Notes under the pieces: generated by a model
What the model was told of the DNA's origin: nothing
What the model saw: only the letters and a program-made list of their open reading frames with translations
Databases searched by the model: none
Shown here: positions 28,118 to 46,450 of the stretch, in pieces
How the letters are laid out: every line of letters begins with the position of its first letter
How positions within the stretch are numbered: the first letter of the stretch is position 1
NCBI GenBank assembly: GCA_028534125.1
Contig: CM052817.1
Location: 99,636,001-99,700,000 of the forward strand
Direction: 5' to 3'
From: Lama glama
Taxonomy: Eukaryota
Length of the DNA stretch: 64,000 nt
Program-made: the position numbers and the translations under genes

Positions 28118-28295
28118 GTAAGAATCCATCCTATAGGCACTTTTCAGAGCCCTTCCCTTCCCCAGTGTGCTTCCTCCAGGTCTCACAGCTTCAGAGAACC
28201 CAGGAGTGGTCCTAACTCCACAGTTCTTGCCTAAACTATTGGAGTCTCTCCCTTTGCCCCATGCATGGTCCAGCCATCTTTCCTCTCTCCCCCAG

Positions 28296-28541
28296 GGCAG
28301 GAGAGGAGATCTCCTGATGTGTAAAGTGGAGGATTTCTGCGTCCTTGCAGGTGTGGTGAGTTGGGGATCATACTGCATCAGGACCAATGAGCCTGGAGTG
28401 TATACAAACATCAGTTTCTACAAATCCTGGATTGAGAAGTCAGCCATCTCACATTCTGACCTTTCTGCTACCCCCCGTCCGGACTTCTCCGGGCTCGTCC
28501 CTGTTATGCTTCTGCCTCTCATTTTCCTGGGGCTGTGCTAA
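28296..28541 (+). pseudogene. Paralog last exon (GRRGDL in place of GDSGGP; hydrophobic tail)
   Basis: ORF 28167..28541; CCAG acceptor; GVVSWG and PGVYT motifs; TAA stop. Confidence 0.9.
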
Positions 28542-28742
28542 CTGGCTAAGGTCAGTGTGGCCAGGGTGACGTGGCAACTGAGAATGAGGGAAATTCTAGA
28601 AGCTGAGGATTTTGAAGAGAGATTGTGACAATTCAGCAAGACAGATGCAGTTCAGCTACCTCTAGGCACAGCCTCCAGGAGCCGAATCTGCTTGTTGCCT
28701 TTTCTCCTGCAGGTCAACGTGGAGAGTAAGGTCCCTGGTGTG

Positions 28743-28748
28743 AATAAA
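28743..28748 (+). terminator. Polyadenylation signal of the paralog
   Basis: AATAAA about 200 nt after the stop codon. Confidence 0.6.
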
Positions 28749-29058
28749 GTTTGGTTGATTCTAACTTATTTCTCATATTCATTCTTTTGATGAAACGGGA
28801 GTCAGGACTTGGGGAAATACAGAAGCAAAGAACTTCAGGCTTGAAAGGTATCTGGAAATCACCTGACCCAATCAACCCCTCACATTCTAAAGAAGCAGCA
28901 GCTAGGGTCCAGAGAGAGAGTCATTAGTTTGCCCTTGACTGAATTCAAGACGAAAACCATCCAATCTGGGACTAGACTAGGTTCTGAAGAAAACACAGGG
29001 ACTCAGCAGATTAGAAGGTTTTAGTTGAAGCACATCAGACAAGAGGAGCCTAGGGCAG

Positions 29059-29505
29059 TGTGTTAGTTATCTACTGCTGTATAACAAATCATCCCAAAAC
29101 TTAACAGCTGAAAACAACAGACACACACTCTTGCTCAGTGTCTGTGGGTCAGTAATCAGGGAGGGCTTAGCCAGGCAGTTCCGGCCCAGGGTCTTTCAAG
29201 AAGCTGCTGCTGTGAACCACAGTCATCTTAAAGCTCAACGAGAAAAGGATCTGCTTCAAGCTCACTCACACAGGCCTCTCTGCAGGGCTGCCTCAGGGCA
29301 GCTGGCTTCACCCAGAGTGAGTGGTTCACGATAAAGTGAGAGAGAACACCCCAAATGGAAACTATAGTCTTTTTATAACCAGATTAATCTTAAACAGACA
29401 TCTCATTCCTTCCGCTGTATTCTGTTCTTTAGAAGTAAGCTGACAGGCTGTGAATATCAGAAGGCAAGAATCACTGGGGACATCCTAAAGGCTGCTTTCT
29501 ATAAG
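29059..29505 (-). mobile_element. MaLR (MLT1-type) LTR
   Basis: TGTGTTAGTTATCTACTGCTGTATAACAAATCATCCCAAAACTTA terminal signature. Confidence 0.7.
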
Positions 29506-30799
29506 TGGAATATGGGAAGGGTCTGGATTGAGGAGCTGGGAGGCTAAAACTGACTGTGTTTATTAGCAGTCATGGATTAAGCAGAGGCATGGGGGAGTTA
29601 AAGCAGAGGTATTGGGGGAGAAAACCTTCTGAGTCTCCTGTTCACCCCACCCACTGAGAGCACTTCATGGTTGTGCTCATAGGTGTACTGGGGTTAGGGA
29701 AGGTGTTTATCAGAGAGATTTCCAATTTGCAATATCCTGTGACCAGAGAGGAATCTAGGAACATGTCTCATATGCGTGGCTGATTTATCCTATCCTTTTT
29801 CTGAGCCTGTGGTATATAAAGAGCAGTTAAGCACACGGGATCCGACACTGGCCAGCACTGAGTTAATTTATGGATTTCATAAGATACTGATTAAAATAAT
29901 GCAAGATGCTCTGTATTGCTTGACAAATAACAGTGAAAAATGATTAGAAGGAGTTTTGGCAAGAAGGTGGAATGAACAACAACAAATTGAGTATCTTTTG
30001 CTCAAATTTCATTAAATACCAATAAAATCATTGTTTGAAAATGAAATTTTTCATTAATAACTGCAAAGATAAAATAATTACATAAAAATAAGTAAATTAA
30101 ATCTGGACCATTAAAAAGCTTTCCATACATATGAAGAAAATAGTAATAAGAACTTTGAAAAAAATTAATTCCCCAAATGCAAAAATTATACAAAGTATAA
30201 GCAGGATTCAAAGAACGATTACAATTTATTCTCAAAGGAATAAGGTTCATGTTAACAAGTTCTCCTGAGAATTTTTTTTTAGATGACAACACTACAGAAT
30301 TGCAAGCAAAAAAGAAAAGATAAACCCATTAAACATGTGAGATGCTAAGTAAGTGCAAAATGATAAAAGAATATGAACAAAGAAGATGGATCTAGATACC
30401 AAAGCCAAGAAATCCAACAAAGAGACAAAAGCAGGTTTTAGAATCATAAAATAAAATAGTTGGAAGGTACCTTACAAGTTATTTGATATACTCTCAGCTC
30501 AAGACATAAGTTTGCTTGTTTCACAGACTTGATGGATGATCTTATACTTCTTAATATAGCAGCCCTGGAAAACTAACCAACCAATTAACTAACTAACTTT
30601 TGGTATTGGGGGAATGGGAACTAATTCCACTACACAGCACTGTCCCACAATTTGCCCACCAGAATCCTCTAAAACTGAAACTTAACAAGTAAAACATATA
30701 CATAAAGGGTCAGATGGAATGAGATCACTTTCTGTAGAAAGGACCCCCAAAATGTCAGCAGATACATGCCTTATGTGTTTTAGAAATAAACTAAACTCA

Positions 30800-30967
30800 G
30801 GGGGAAGCTATAGCTCAAGTGATAGAGCACATGCTTAGCATGCATGAGGTCCTGGGTTCAATCCCCAGTACCTCTTCTAAAATAAATAAATAAATGAACC
30901 TAATTACCTCCCTCCCCCACCAAAAAAAAAAAAAAAAGAATTAAAATAAATAAATTAAAAAAAAAAA
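30800..30967 (+). mobile_element. tRNA-derived SINE (Vic-1-like)
   Basis: GGGGAAGCTATAGCTCAAGTGATAGAGCACATGCTTAGCATGCATGAGGTCCTGGGTTCAATCCCCAGTACC followed by an A-rich tail. Confidence 0.9.
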
Positions 30968-32897
30968 GCTAACCTTGAAGCTTTGGGTATAATCTCAAAG
31001 CAGCATACCAGGAATGATATCATAACTGGGAAAGCTTCAATATAATCAACAGCATTTGGCACTAATTGAAGAAAATCAGTATTAGGAAGGGTAATGGTTC
31101 ACATGGAACCTAAGAAAGCAAAAGCCAGATAACTCTGTGTTCATCAGACCCTAGGCCCTGCAGGGAGAGACTCTGAGTCTGGTGAATGTAAGTTTGGATT
31201 TATTTAGAAAAACATGTTCTGTTATGGAGAAGTGCTCTTTCACTCAGTCTTTGCAAAGAAGTGATAGTTCATCCTAGTGAGTGAAATGCTTATGGTATCA
31301 AGCCTCTTCCACTCATTCTGATCCCAAGACTCTTCAAACCACCCCCCTACCCACCCACATACTAATTTGGTCTCCCTACTCAATATCAAGATGTGCCCTG
31401 GTTGGGAAAAATGAAAATTCCAAATGACAAAAATGAAGAGTCCTTACTGCAAATGAACATTCTCATTCATACACAAGTTTCTTAAGTTTCAGTGAGTAAG
31501 TCTCTTGACTTTGATCTTTTTTAGGTGTTCTAACAAGAATTTCAGAAGCTAAAAAGCTAAGAGTCCAGAGCCTAGAGTGAGATAACTTGAGCCAAATTAA
31601 CAGACCTGCCTAAGTGGATTCTTTGGGTGCCATGATATCTTTATCTCACTTCTAACTATGGCAGGAATTTGTATTTACTTTATGCCTTCTCTATATCAGT
31701 TACTATTCTGGTCACTTTAAAAATTATCCTATTTCGCCCTAACAACTCAAGAAGGTACTATTTATCCTACTTTTACAATTAAAACACACACACACACACA
31801 CAACTGAGGATCAGAGAGCTTAAGTAACTTGCCTAAGATCACACTGCTAATATTAAACAGATTTATCCAGGATTGCCTGACTCAAAAGATTTCTCTCTTT
31901 CCACTACACCAAATTACCCCCACTTACTGTTAGAAAGCGCTAATAAAGGTCTTCCTTATAAAATGCCAAAATCACATCTGCCCCTTGGTTCTAGTTATTT
32001 GTACCTCTTATAGTTCAATTTCCATTTGTAATTATTTGGGTGCACACAGCTTTACTTCTTCTGAATAGGTAAGACCAGCCTTGAAAAGAGAAATTGCTGT
32101 CCTAGACATCTTCATGATCTTCTAATAGCACCTGTTTTGGTGTCTTGCAAACAGAAAGTATCAAATCTTATTTTCTGAATAACAAAATGAGAGCAATAGA
32201 CTATAGAAAGCCAGGCTGTCAAAACTGAAAGCAAGAATTCATTTAGTATGAGCACAAGTGAATACACATAAAAACATTTTATTTTACTGATCAAAAGAAC
32301 AGGACCAACTCTTACAAAGGGGGACTAGTTAAAGGGCAGTTGGACCCCAGGCAAGTACGACGGAGCTCAGGGCAGGATCACTCCCTGTGGAGAAGGTGAG
32401 TGTGGACAAGGGAAACTGTAGATTGGCTGGTAAGGCAAAGAGCGGGAAGAGGAAGGCGGTCTCTGAAAGGCTGTTCAGGCCTCGGCCTTGCATAATAGAT
32501 GGCAAGTATACAGACTAGTTCCGGGACATACTGGTTAGTGGAACTAAAGCTGAACTAAAAATTTCTTGTCCAAGTTCAAGAACTAAGACTAGACTGGATC
32601 TTTTAATGGAGGCATAGGCAATCGACACTGCTGCAAGGTGACAGAAAAGGCAAAGGCCAGGGACTGCTGCATATGTGCTGGAGAAATCAATTATTCTTTA
32701 GGAGACTGTTACTCATTTTCCAACATAACAGATTGATCTGATGGAATGAATTGGAAAAGAAACAATGGAATCCATTTGCTCTTCCTGGAACTACAGAGAA
32801 AAAGCTACAAAACTTGCATATCTACTGTTGTCCCTGTTTTAATCTCAGGGTGCTCAAGAGAAGATTGCATTCCTAAAGTGGAATCCTTACTCTACAG

Positions 32898-33114
32898 CAG
32901 CGTTCTTAACCAAAGGTGATTCTGCTGCTCAGGGGACATTTGGCAATGTTTGGAAACATTTTTCACTGTCACAATTAGGTGTGGGTGGTACTCCTGCCAT
33001 CTATTAGGTTAAGGCCAGAGATGCTGCTTAACATCCCACAATGCACAGGACAGCCCCCACAGGAAAGAATCATCTGGCCCAAAACATCAATAGTGCCAAA
33101 GATGCCAAATCCTG
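32898..33114 (+). mobile_element. MER20-like hAT DNA transposon
   Basis: CAGGGGACATTTGGCAATGTTTGGAAACATTTTT...GGCCAGAGATGCTGC...CACAATGCACAGGACAGCCCCCAC. Confidence 0.85.
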
Positions 33115-33598
33115 GTCAACAGGCACCACCAACGTCAATCTAAGCTATCACCAAGATGACCTATTTGCCCAGAATTAAGTTGATACTTAAAACTGGGATA
33201 TTCAACAGAAACAAAAATAAAACAGCAGCTACTATTTATCATTGTGTGCTGAAAAGCCCGAACCTAAGCTAAGTACTTGCCCTCTATCTCATATAATTCT
33301 TAGAGAAATTTTGTGGGGTATTATTATTCCCATTTTGCTGAGATGAAAAGGTTGTAACTAGGCAACAGCCACATGGCATGTAATAAAGCTCTTACCAACA
33401 CCACGACATTGCCACTTTCCAAACCAATAGTTACTGCATACAGTACAGGTATTTAAAGATTAAACTTTAATGATAACAGGGTAATGATCTGGGAACAGAG
33501 AATCTAGTGCCTAGAGACAGAGCATGATGAGAGAAACAGAAAGCCGTTAAGAGCTGTCTTCAGGAAAGTCTCTAGAGTGGACATTAAGCACCTACTCT

Positions 33599-33788
33599 TT
33601 TTTTTTTTTTGAAGTGTTTTTTATTTATTTTTTTAAACTTATTTTATTTAACTTTTTTATTGAGTTAGTCAGTTTACAATGTTGTGTCAAATTCCAGTGT
33701 AGAGCACAATTTTTCAGTTATACATGAACATATATATATTCTTTGTCACTTTTTTTTTTTTCGCTGTGAGCTACCACAAGATCTTATA
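33599..33788 (-). mobile_element. Short young L1 3' insertion
   Basis: Poly-T plus reverse complement of the 10958-type 3'UTR; TSD AAGCACCTACTCT at 33586-33598 and 33789-33801. Confidence 0.9.
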
Positions 33789-34346
33789 AAGCACCTACTC
33801 TCTTGCTTTCAACTCCTTGGTACTTCCTTATCTTAGAAGAAGCAAGGAAGCATGAAAATGGCAGAACCAACATGTTTCCTGATTGCTAAACCAAAAACAA
33901 GAAAATATTTGTAGAGGGATAATGGAAGCAATAGACAAAGATAAATAAATACAGATAAACAGATAAGCAATTCATAATTCAATGTTACATCTGTAAAGAA
34001 TCTTCCAGATCATCAGCTGATTCCAGTGCCTTCACAGAACAGTAGATGAACACAGGCCACATGGGAAAGGTGATTTATTTAAGGTCATGTAGTCATCCGC
34101 ATAAAAATGAAAGAATTGCTGTGGAATGAAAACCGGAGTACATTTCTCCAATATGATACAAGTGATTAGCTTAGATTTAGAGAGGACTCGTAGGTTCCAA
34201 CTCTCTCTTTAAAAATGGACATTTTCTTACATAGCTCAATATCATTATTACACTTATCAAGATAAACAATAATTTCTTCATACTATCTAATATCCAGTTC
34301 CTTGATATCAATATATCTATGTCCTTTATTGTATCAAAATGTCTTC

Positions 34347-34880
34347 TTAGAAATGGCCATCATTCAAAAGTCCACAAATGACAAATGCTGGAGAGGCTGT
34401 GAAGAAAGGGGAACCCTCCTACACTGCTGGTGGGAATGCAGGTTGGTACAGCCACTGTGGAAAACAGTATGGAGATTCCTCAAAAGACTAGGATTAGACT
34501 TAACATATGACCCAGGAATCCCGCTCCTGGGCATATATTCAGAAGGAACCCTACTTCAAAATGACACCTTCACCCCAGTGTTCATAGCAGCACTATTTAC
34601 AATAGCCAAGACATGGAGACACCCTAAATGTCCATCAACAGATGACTGGATAAAGAAGCTGTGGTATAGTTATACAATGGAATATTATTCAGCCATAAAA
34701 ATGACAACATAATGCCATTTGCAGCAACATGGATGTCCCTGGAGAATGCCTTTCTAAGTGAAGTAAGCCAGAAAAGAGAAAGAAAAATACCATATGAGAT
34801 TGCTCATATGTGGAATCTAAAAAAACAAAAACAAAAAAAGAACATAAATACAAAACAGAAACAGACTCATAGACATAGAA
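34347..34880 (+). mobile_element. Young L1 ORF2 C-terminus/3'UTR running into the assembly gap
   Basis: ORF 34302..34712: [34 protein letters not shown]...YTMEYYSAIK. Confidence 0.95.
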
Positions 34881-35380
34881 NNNNNNNNNNNNNNNNNNNN
34901 NNNNNNNNNNNNNNNNNNNNNNNNNNNNNNNNNNNNNNNNNNNNNNNNNNNNNNNNNNNNNNNNNNNNNNNNNNNNNNNNNNNNNNNNNNNNNNNNNNNN
35001 NNNNNNNNNNNNNNNNNNNNNNNNNNNNNNNNNNNNNNNNNNNNNNNNNNNNNNNNNNNNNNNNNNNNNNNNNNNNNNNNNNNNNNNNNNNNNNNNNNNN
35101 NNNNNNNNNNNNNNNNNNNNNNNNNNNNNNNNNNNNNNNNNNNNNNNNNNNNNNNNNNNNNNNNNNNNNNNNNNNNNNNNNNNNNNNNNNNNNNNNNNNN
35201 NNNNNNNNNNNNNNNNNNNNNNNNNNNNNNNNNNNNNNNNNNNNNNNNNNNNNNNNNNNNNNNNNNNNNNNNNNNNNNNNNNNNNNNNNNNNNNNNNNNN
35301 NNNNNNNNNNNNNNNNNNNNNNNNNNNNNNNNNNNNNNNNNNNNNNNNNNNNNNNNNNNNNNNNNNNNNNNNNNNNNNNN
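34881..35380. other. Assembly gap (500 N)
   Basis: N run. Confidence 1.
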
Positions 35381-36604
35381 AGAAATTCTGTGAATAACTC
35401 AACAAACATGTAAAGACTGTTCAGTGACTTCACATTTGTCCAGGGATATAAAAGTCCAAAGGCCTAGGACAATCACAGGACCCTCAGAGGGAGAGGAGTG
35501 TCAGGTCAAATTTTTGTTCCTTTGATAAATCAACATAAAGACCTGTTCAGAGCTTTAGTATCTCTGTAAAATGACGACCTTTATTCCAAACATGACTTGA
35601 AGGCAAATCTCAAACTGAGGTCTGACTTTTTTAATAGCTATACTGAAGTAAACTGACTAAACAGTTAAAATTGCCTATAAATACAATAAATTAATTGGAA
35701 TACCAAGTGTGATGTGAATAAGAAACACCAACTGTGATATGAAAAAGAAATACCAATTATGATATGAATAAGGAATCTTTTCTTCAATTAAATGAACAGG
35801 ACAAAATTGCAGGCTGCAATATTAATTTCAGAAAAAAAATTAAGGTGGAAAGTACTAAGAGCATCATTATATACTGATAAAAAGCACAGTGAGTGATAGG
35901 CACATAACCAGAATGAATGTATAAACCATACACACACAAAAATGCCATGCATAAAACAAGAACCATTAAAAATGTACGGGGGAGCAAACATAACTGTAAT
36001 AGTAGTAGATTTTCGCCCCTGTCAAGCCGTCACAAATGAAGACAGCTAGATCTAAAAAACAAAAATTAGGTAAAAATTCGTAGTTGTGGCAGTCAGGAAA
36101 CAAGCAGCTGAAGAATTATTTTTTCTCAAGTGTTCACTGCTAAAATCTGAAAAAAGGTATTGCAAGAGGCAAACATCTTACTCTACTGAGATGCAGCCAA
36201 TCTGGCATCTACCCCACCACAACAGTCCCTGCTGCTTAGCTGGCCATATTTCTGCATCCTCATGATGCGTAAGGGCACTTAACTGCAGACCTTAGTCCAC
36301 AACTATGAACCTATGGCCTGGTAATAAAAGGTAATCTGTTCAAAGTCTTGGGAATTTGAACTGAAAATAAGGACAAACTTGTGTAGTTTATAGTGGGATA
36401 GAATGAACAGGCGTGGAACGTGGTTGAAACACACCAACGGCAGAGGACCAGAGTGGGGATCCAGAACTCCTGCTCTGCGCTCTCAAGCTGTCATGGATCC
36501 AGAGCCCCCTTCCAGCTCCAGTCTCTGCTCTGGTCTCCAGGTCTGTCCTACGATAGCCCCAGATGTCCTTGTTACCCTGTTCTCCTTACTGTCCCTCAGA
36601 TACC

Positions 36605-36994
36605 TGTATTGGTTTGCTAGGGCTGCCATAACAAAGTCTCATAGACTAGGGGACTTAAAACAGAACTGTATTTTCTCCCAGTTCTAGAGGTGAGACGTCT
36701 GAGATCAAGGTGTCAGCATAGTTGATTTCTCCTGAGGGACGTGAGGGAAAGATCTGTCTAGATTTCCTTGGCTTGTAGATAGCCATCTTCTTCCTCTGTA
36801 TGTGTCTGTGTCCAAACTTCCTCTTCTTATAAGGACATCAGTCATACTGGATTAAGGCCCACCTAATGACCTTTTTACCTTAATTACCTCTGTAGAGATA
36901 CTATCTCTAAATATGGTCACATTCTAAGGTAGTCGGGGTTAGGACTGCAACATACAAATTTGGGGTGGGGAGAGACATGTTGCAGCCCATAACA
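36605..36994 (-). mobile_element. MaLR LTR (MLT1B/C-like), near complete
   Basis: TGTATTGGTTTGCTAGGGCTGCCATAACAAA ... CAGCCCATAACA termini. Confidence 0.85.
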
Positions 36995-37234
36995 ATATCT
37001 TTAAAATAATCCCTCTTTAAGCTAGTTTAAGGGAGTCTCTGTTGGAACTGAGTAACTTTAACCAAAACAGCTACAGGTTCTGGTCTTCTATTATTTTTAA
37101 AAATTATTCATGTGTTTCTTTCAAACTTCCCAAAATTTTAAGCTGCAAGAGAGCAACAACATGCTTTAACACTTCACTGAATTCTGCCTCCACAGACCTA
37201 GTACAGAAAACATAAAAGGCACAGAGAAGAATTC

Positions 37235-37655
37235 TGTGGCAGATGCTATGCTGCACCGCACAGACCCCTCTTCAGGACTGAAGCTTTCAGTTCCCTAGCA
37301 ACCAGGGGCGTCTGCTGCTGACAGTTCAAAGCCAAGTCCAAATCCAAGAACTGCGGCCAAAGCCACCTCACCCAAAGCAATGCCTGCTCCATGGAGGGAA
37401 CCTTCATCCGGTCATTCAGAAGTCCAAGGGCCTGGCCTTCTAGTCTCAGTTGAGGACATCTTCAAAGGGCCACCCCAGCTCAGAGCAACTCTTGGGATTG
37501 GCTGAGGCCTCTTCTGCAAATACGTTACATCAGCTCTCTCTCTGCCCTATCCTGCTTCCATCCTCCCTCAAGGGGTTGATCCTAAGACCACTCCCCAATA
37601 AACTTCTTGCACACAAATCTGTCATAGAGTCTATTTCCCAGAAAATCTGACTCGC
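37235..37655 (+). mobile_element. ERVL LTR (LTR16-like) just upstream of the PRSS48 promoter
   Basis: TGTGGCAGATG start; CCCTCTTCAGGACTGAAG; CCCAATAAACTTCTTGCACACAAATCT near the end. Confidence 0.65.
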
Positions 37656-37779
37656 AGTATATTCTATGGCTAACATTGTAAATAAACACGAAAACAAAAA
37701 AAATTGGAAAAAATAAGCCAGGTTACTTTGCTCTTTCCCACTTCTTGCTTTTGAAGAATCTTGCCCTCTTCCGTTTCTC

Positions 37780-38153
37780 TGCTAGAGAAAGGGTTCTGTT
37801 CCTTTCAGTGCCCTCCAACCTGCCTTGGGGAGGCAGCTACTGTACCCACCCCTCCCCACCTCCTCTTGGCTCTGGAGGCAGAAGCTCCAGACACCCTGCT
37901 CTCCCTGGACAGCAGGGGGCACCTCAAGCCCCAGCTCCTCCCCCTGGGTCCTCAGCTGCACTTCTCAGGCTGGTCCCTTCAGTGCCTGGCGCAGGGTGAA
38001 GACCAAAGAAGAGGAGGGGGGTGAAGCCAAGGAATCCATCTAGGAGATCTAAGAGAAGCAGTCCCGCCCCTCTTCTCCAGCTGCTCCCCAGCAGGTCTCT
38101 CCCTGGGAGCCTGAGTCCAGAGAACTGGAGGTGCTGACTCTGAGGACAGGAAA
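37780..38153 (+). promoter_or_regulatory. Promoter/5'UTR of PRSS48 with CTCF motif (~37908-37922), GC box and TGCTGACTC element
   Basis: GACAGCAGGGGGCAC, GTCCCGCCCC and GTGCTGACTCTGAG; homologous to 24517-24865. Confidence 0.65.
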
Positions 38154-44799
<6,646 letters not shown>

Positions 44800-44913
44800 G
44801 CAGTATAGCTGAAACTCCTGGCCAAGTACAGAGCTAGAAAGGGAAGGCACTGAGAATATACCTCAGGGGCAGAGAACTCATAAGGAGGGTCACTGGGAAC
44901 TCTGGATGACTTC

Positions 44914-44919
44914 AATAAA
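44914..44919 (+). terminator. Polyadenylation signal of PRSS48
   Basis: AATAAA about 115 nt after the stop codon, followed by T/GT-rich sequence. Confidence 0.65.
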
Positions 44920-45337
44920 ATAATTAGAAATAATTTCTTTTTGAGGTTCTTGATTCTGGAAGTATGTTTTACTGCTTGGAATGTGAACAGCTGAGAAATA
45001 AGGATGCCACTTCAGTGCATGGCATTCTTTGTCCCTGACTATGCATCTTGCAAGGCAGGAAGGATGCTTTCTATGAATAAGCATTTATGGACACAAATTA
45101 AATGGCGACAGAAGCAGGCAAGAAAACAAGTATCTGTGAAGGCAAAAGGAAAGGTCCTCAAGAAAGTATATTAAGGGCTCACTTCATGTCCATGGGTTGC
45201 ATTACGAGTTTCTTGCCAGGTCTGTGTTTTTGTACTTCCTCCACTATCTTATGCTTCTCCTCTGTGGCAAGGTGTCAAATAAGAAATCCATGTATGTAGT
45301 TCAGCTCTGTGTATTTCTGAAATTTTTACTTTTTGAA

Positions 45338-45420
45338 ATATCAATGTGATACCACTAAAAATGGGTTAATGCAATAATCTCAAGAGCTGAGGTCTTGGGT
45401 TTCAATAATCTGGACCTACC
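45338..45420 (+). pseudogene. Diverged partial copy of PRSS48 exon 6
   Basis: ATGGGTTAATGCAATAATCTCAAGAGCTGAGGTCTTGGGTTTCAATAATCTGGAC aligns to 44630-44714; translates KWVNAIISRAEVLGFNNLDL versus [20 protein letters not shown]. Confidence 0.8.
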
Positions 45421-45809
45421 CAGGTTGTTTAATGTCATTTCTATTATAAAGTACCTTAAATGTTTATAAGGAAAAGATTATATCCCTTGCTTAACTAGCA
45501 TGCTCCTTTTTGTTAAATAATCACATGACCTATTCTATTTCCTCTTCTGCCTAGGCTTCCAGGTGTTCAGAGTTAAGCTCTATACTCGATTTCAGTCATT
45601 ATCTTTATCCTATAACTATCTGGTATAATTCTACTCATACCCCTTTTTATTTCAATCATCCTTTCTCATTTGAATGAATTTAGTTTCGTTGCATCTGTGT
45701 CCTTTATGGTAAGTCGACCTTCAAAAACAATTTTTTGGATAAATACACTTAATAGGAAGTGAGGGTAGGTCTGGAAATTTAAAATCTTTGCTAACCCCCT
45801 AACCTCACC

Positions 45810-46450
45810 TCTCATCTAGACTCCCACTAGAGCCTCCTAACTGCCATTCCGTTTTGTCACTTACACTTATGCTCAACTTCATTTATTCTCCACACAATTC
45901 AGACTAGTGTTTTAAAAATAAAGATTTAAAAAATACTTTTCTACCCTTTCCCCTGTGTACAACAGTCCAGAATGAGGACCGAAGTCTCTAAAAGGACCTA
46001 TGAGGCCCTGCTGGATCTGACCCCAGTATGCCTCTTCAGCCTCATTCGGCCTCACCCCACCTGCTCTCTGTGCTCTCACTTCCTCAGATACTCCAAGCCT
46101 CTTCTAAGCACTGGAATTTTTTTTATCTGCTATTTCCTCTTCCTTACTGCCTTTGCCTACTTAGTTCTTACTGTGCCTTCAGATCTCAACTCACTCTTCA
46201 CTTTCTCAAGGAAGCTGTCCCTAGCTCTCCTGATGAGAACAAATCCTCCCAATACATATTCTCATAATACTATGGAGCCCTCCTTGATAGGACTCCACAT
46301 AGCTGTCATTTAACATTCATTTGTGTAACTGTCTAATTAATGTATGTCTGTCTTACTAAAATGTAATGAGGTCCATGAGAGTAAGAATTTTAGTTTTTGC
46401 CACCAACTATATTCCAGTCCTAATAAATATTTGTGGAATGAATGAATGAA
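45810..46450 (+). mobile_element. L2 3' remnant
   Basis: Ends AATAAATATTTGTGGAATGAATGAATG. Confidence 0.7.

Larger units (their letters stand above)
24866..28541 (+). pseudogene. PRSS48-like catalytically dead serine protease paralog with a frameshift; exons 24866-24917, (25031-25068 mini-exon), 25241-25400, 26955-27227, 27954-28117, 28296-28541
   Basis: Exons translate to MGPAGCVFLLPILLGIS / VCGRSTVLPGIASGMEANVGQWPWQVS...HICAASLISQRWVLTAASCFR / ...VLPICLP...CWVTGRG / TLKELKVPLL...MICS...DRCI / GRRGDLLMC...GVVSWG...PGVYTNISFYKSWI...LLPLIFLGLC*. Intron phases match PRSS48. An extra 4 nt at ~27043-27046 leads to TGA at 27067-27069. Confidence 0.85.

Noticed and set aside
30800..30875. tRNA genes at the A/B-box elements (also 25527 and 52245)
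   Set aside because: They have A-rich tails, TSDs in two cases and multiple diverged copies, so they are SINEs rather than tRNAs
31100..32420. Scattered splice-like signals between the two protease genes as a possible third decayed copy
   Set aside because: No S1A motifs found in the frames I read; unsupported
34689..35433. Long ORFs spanning N runs (also 56453-57504)
   Set aside because: Artefacts of translating assembly gaps
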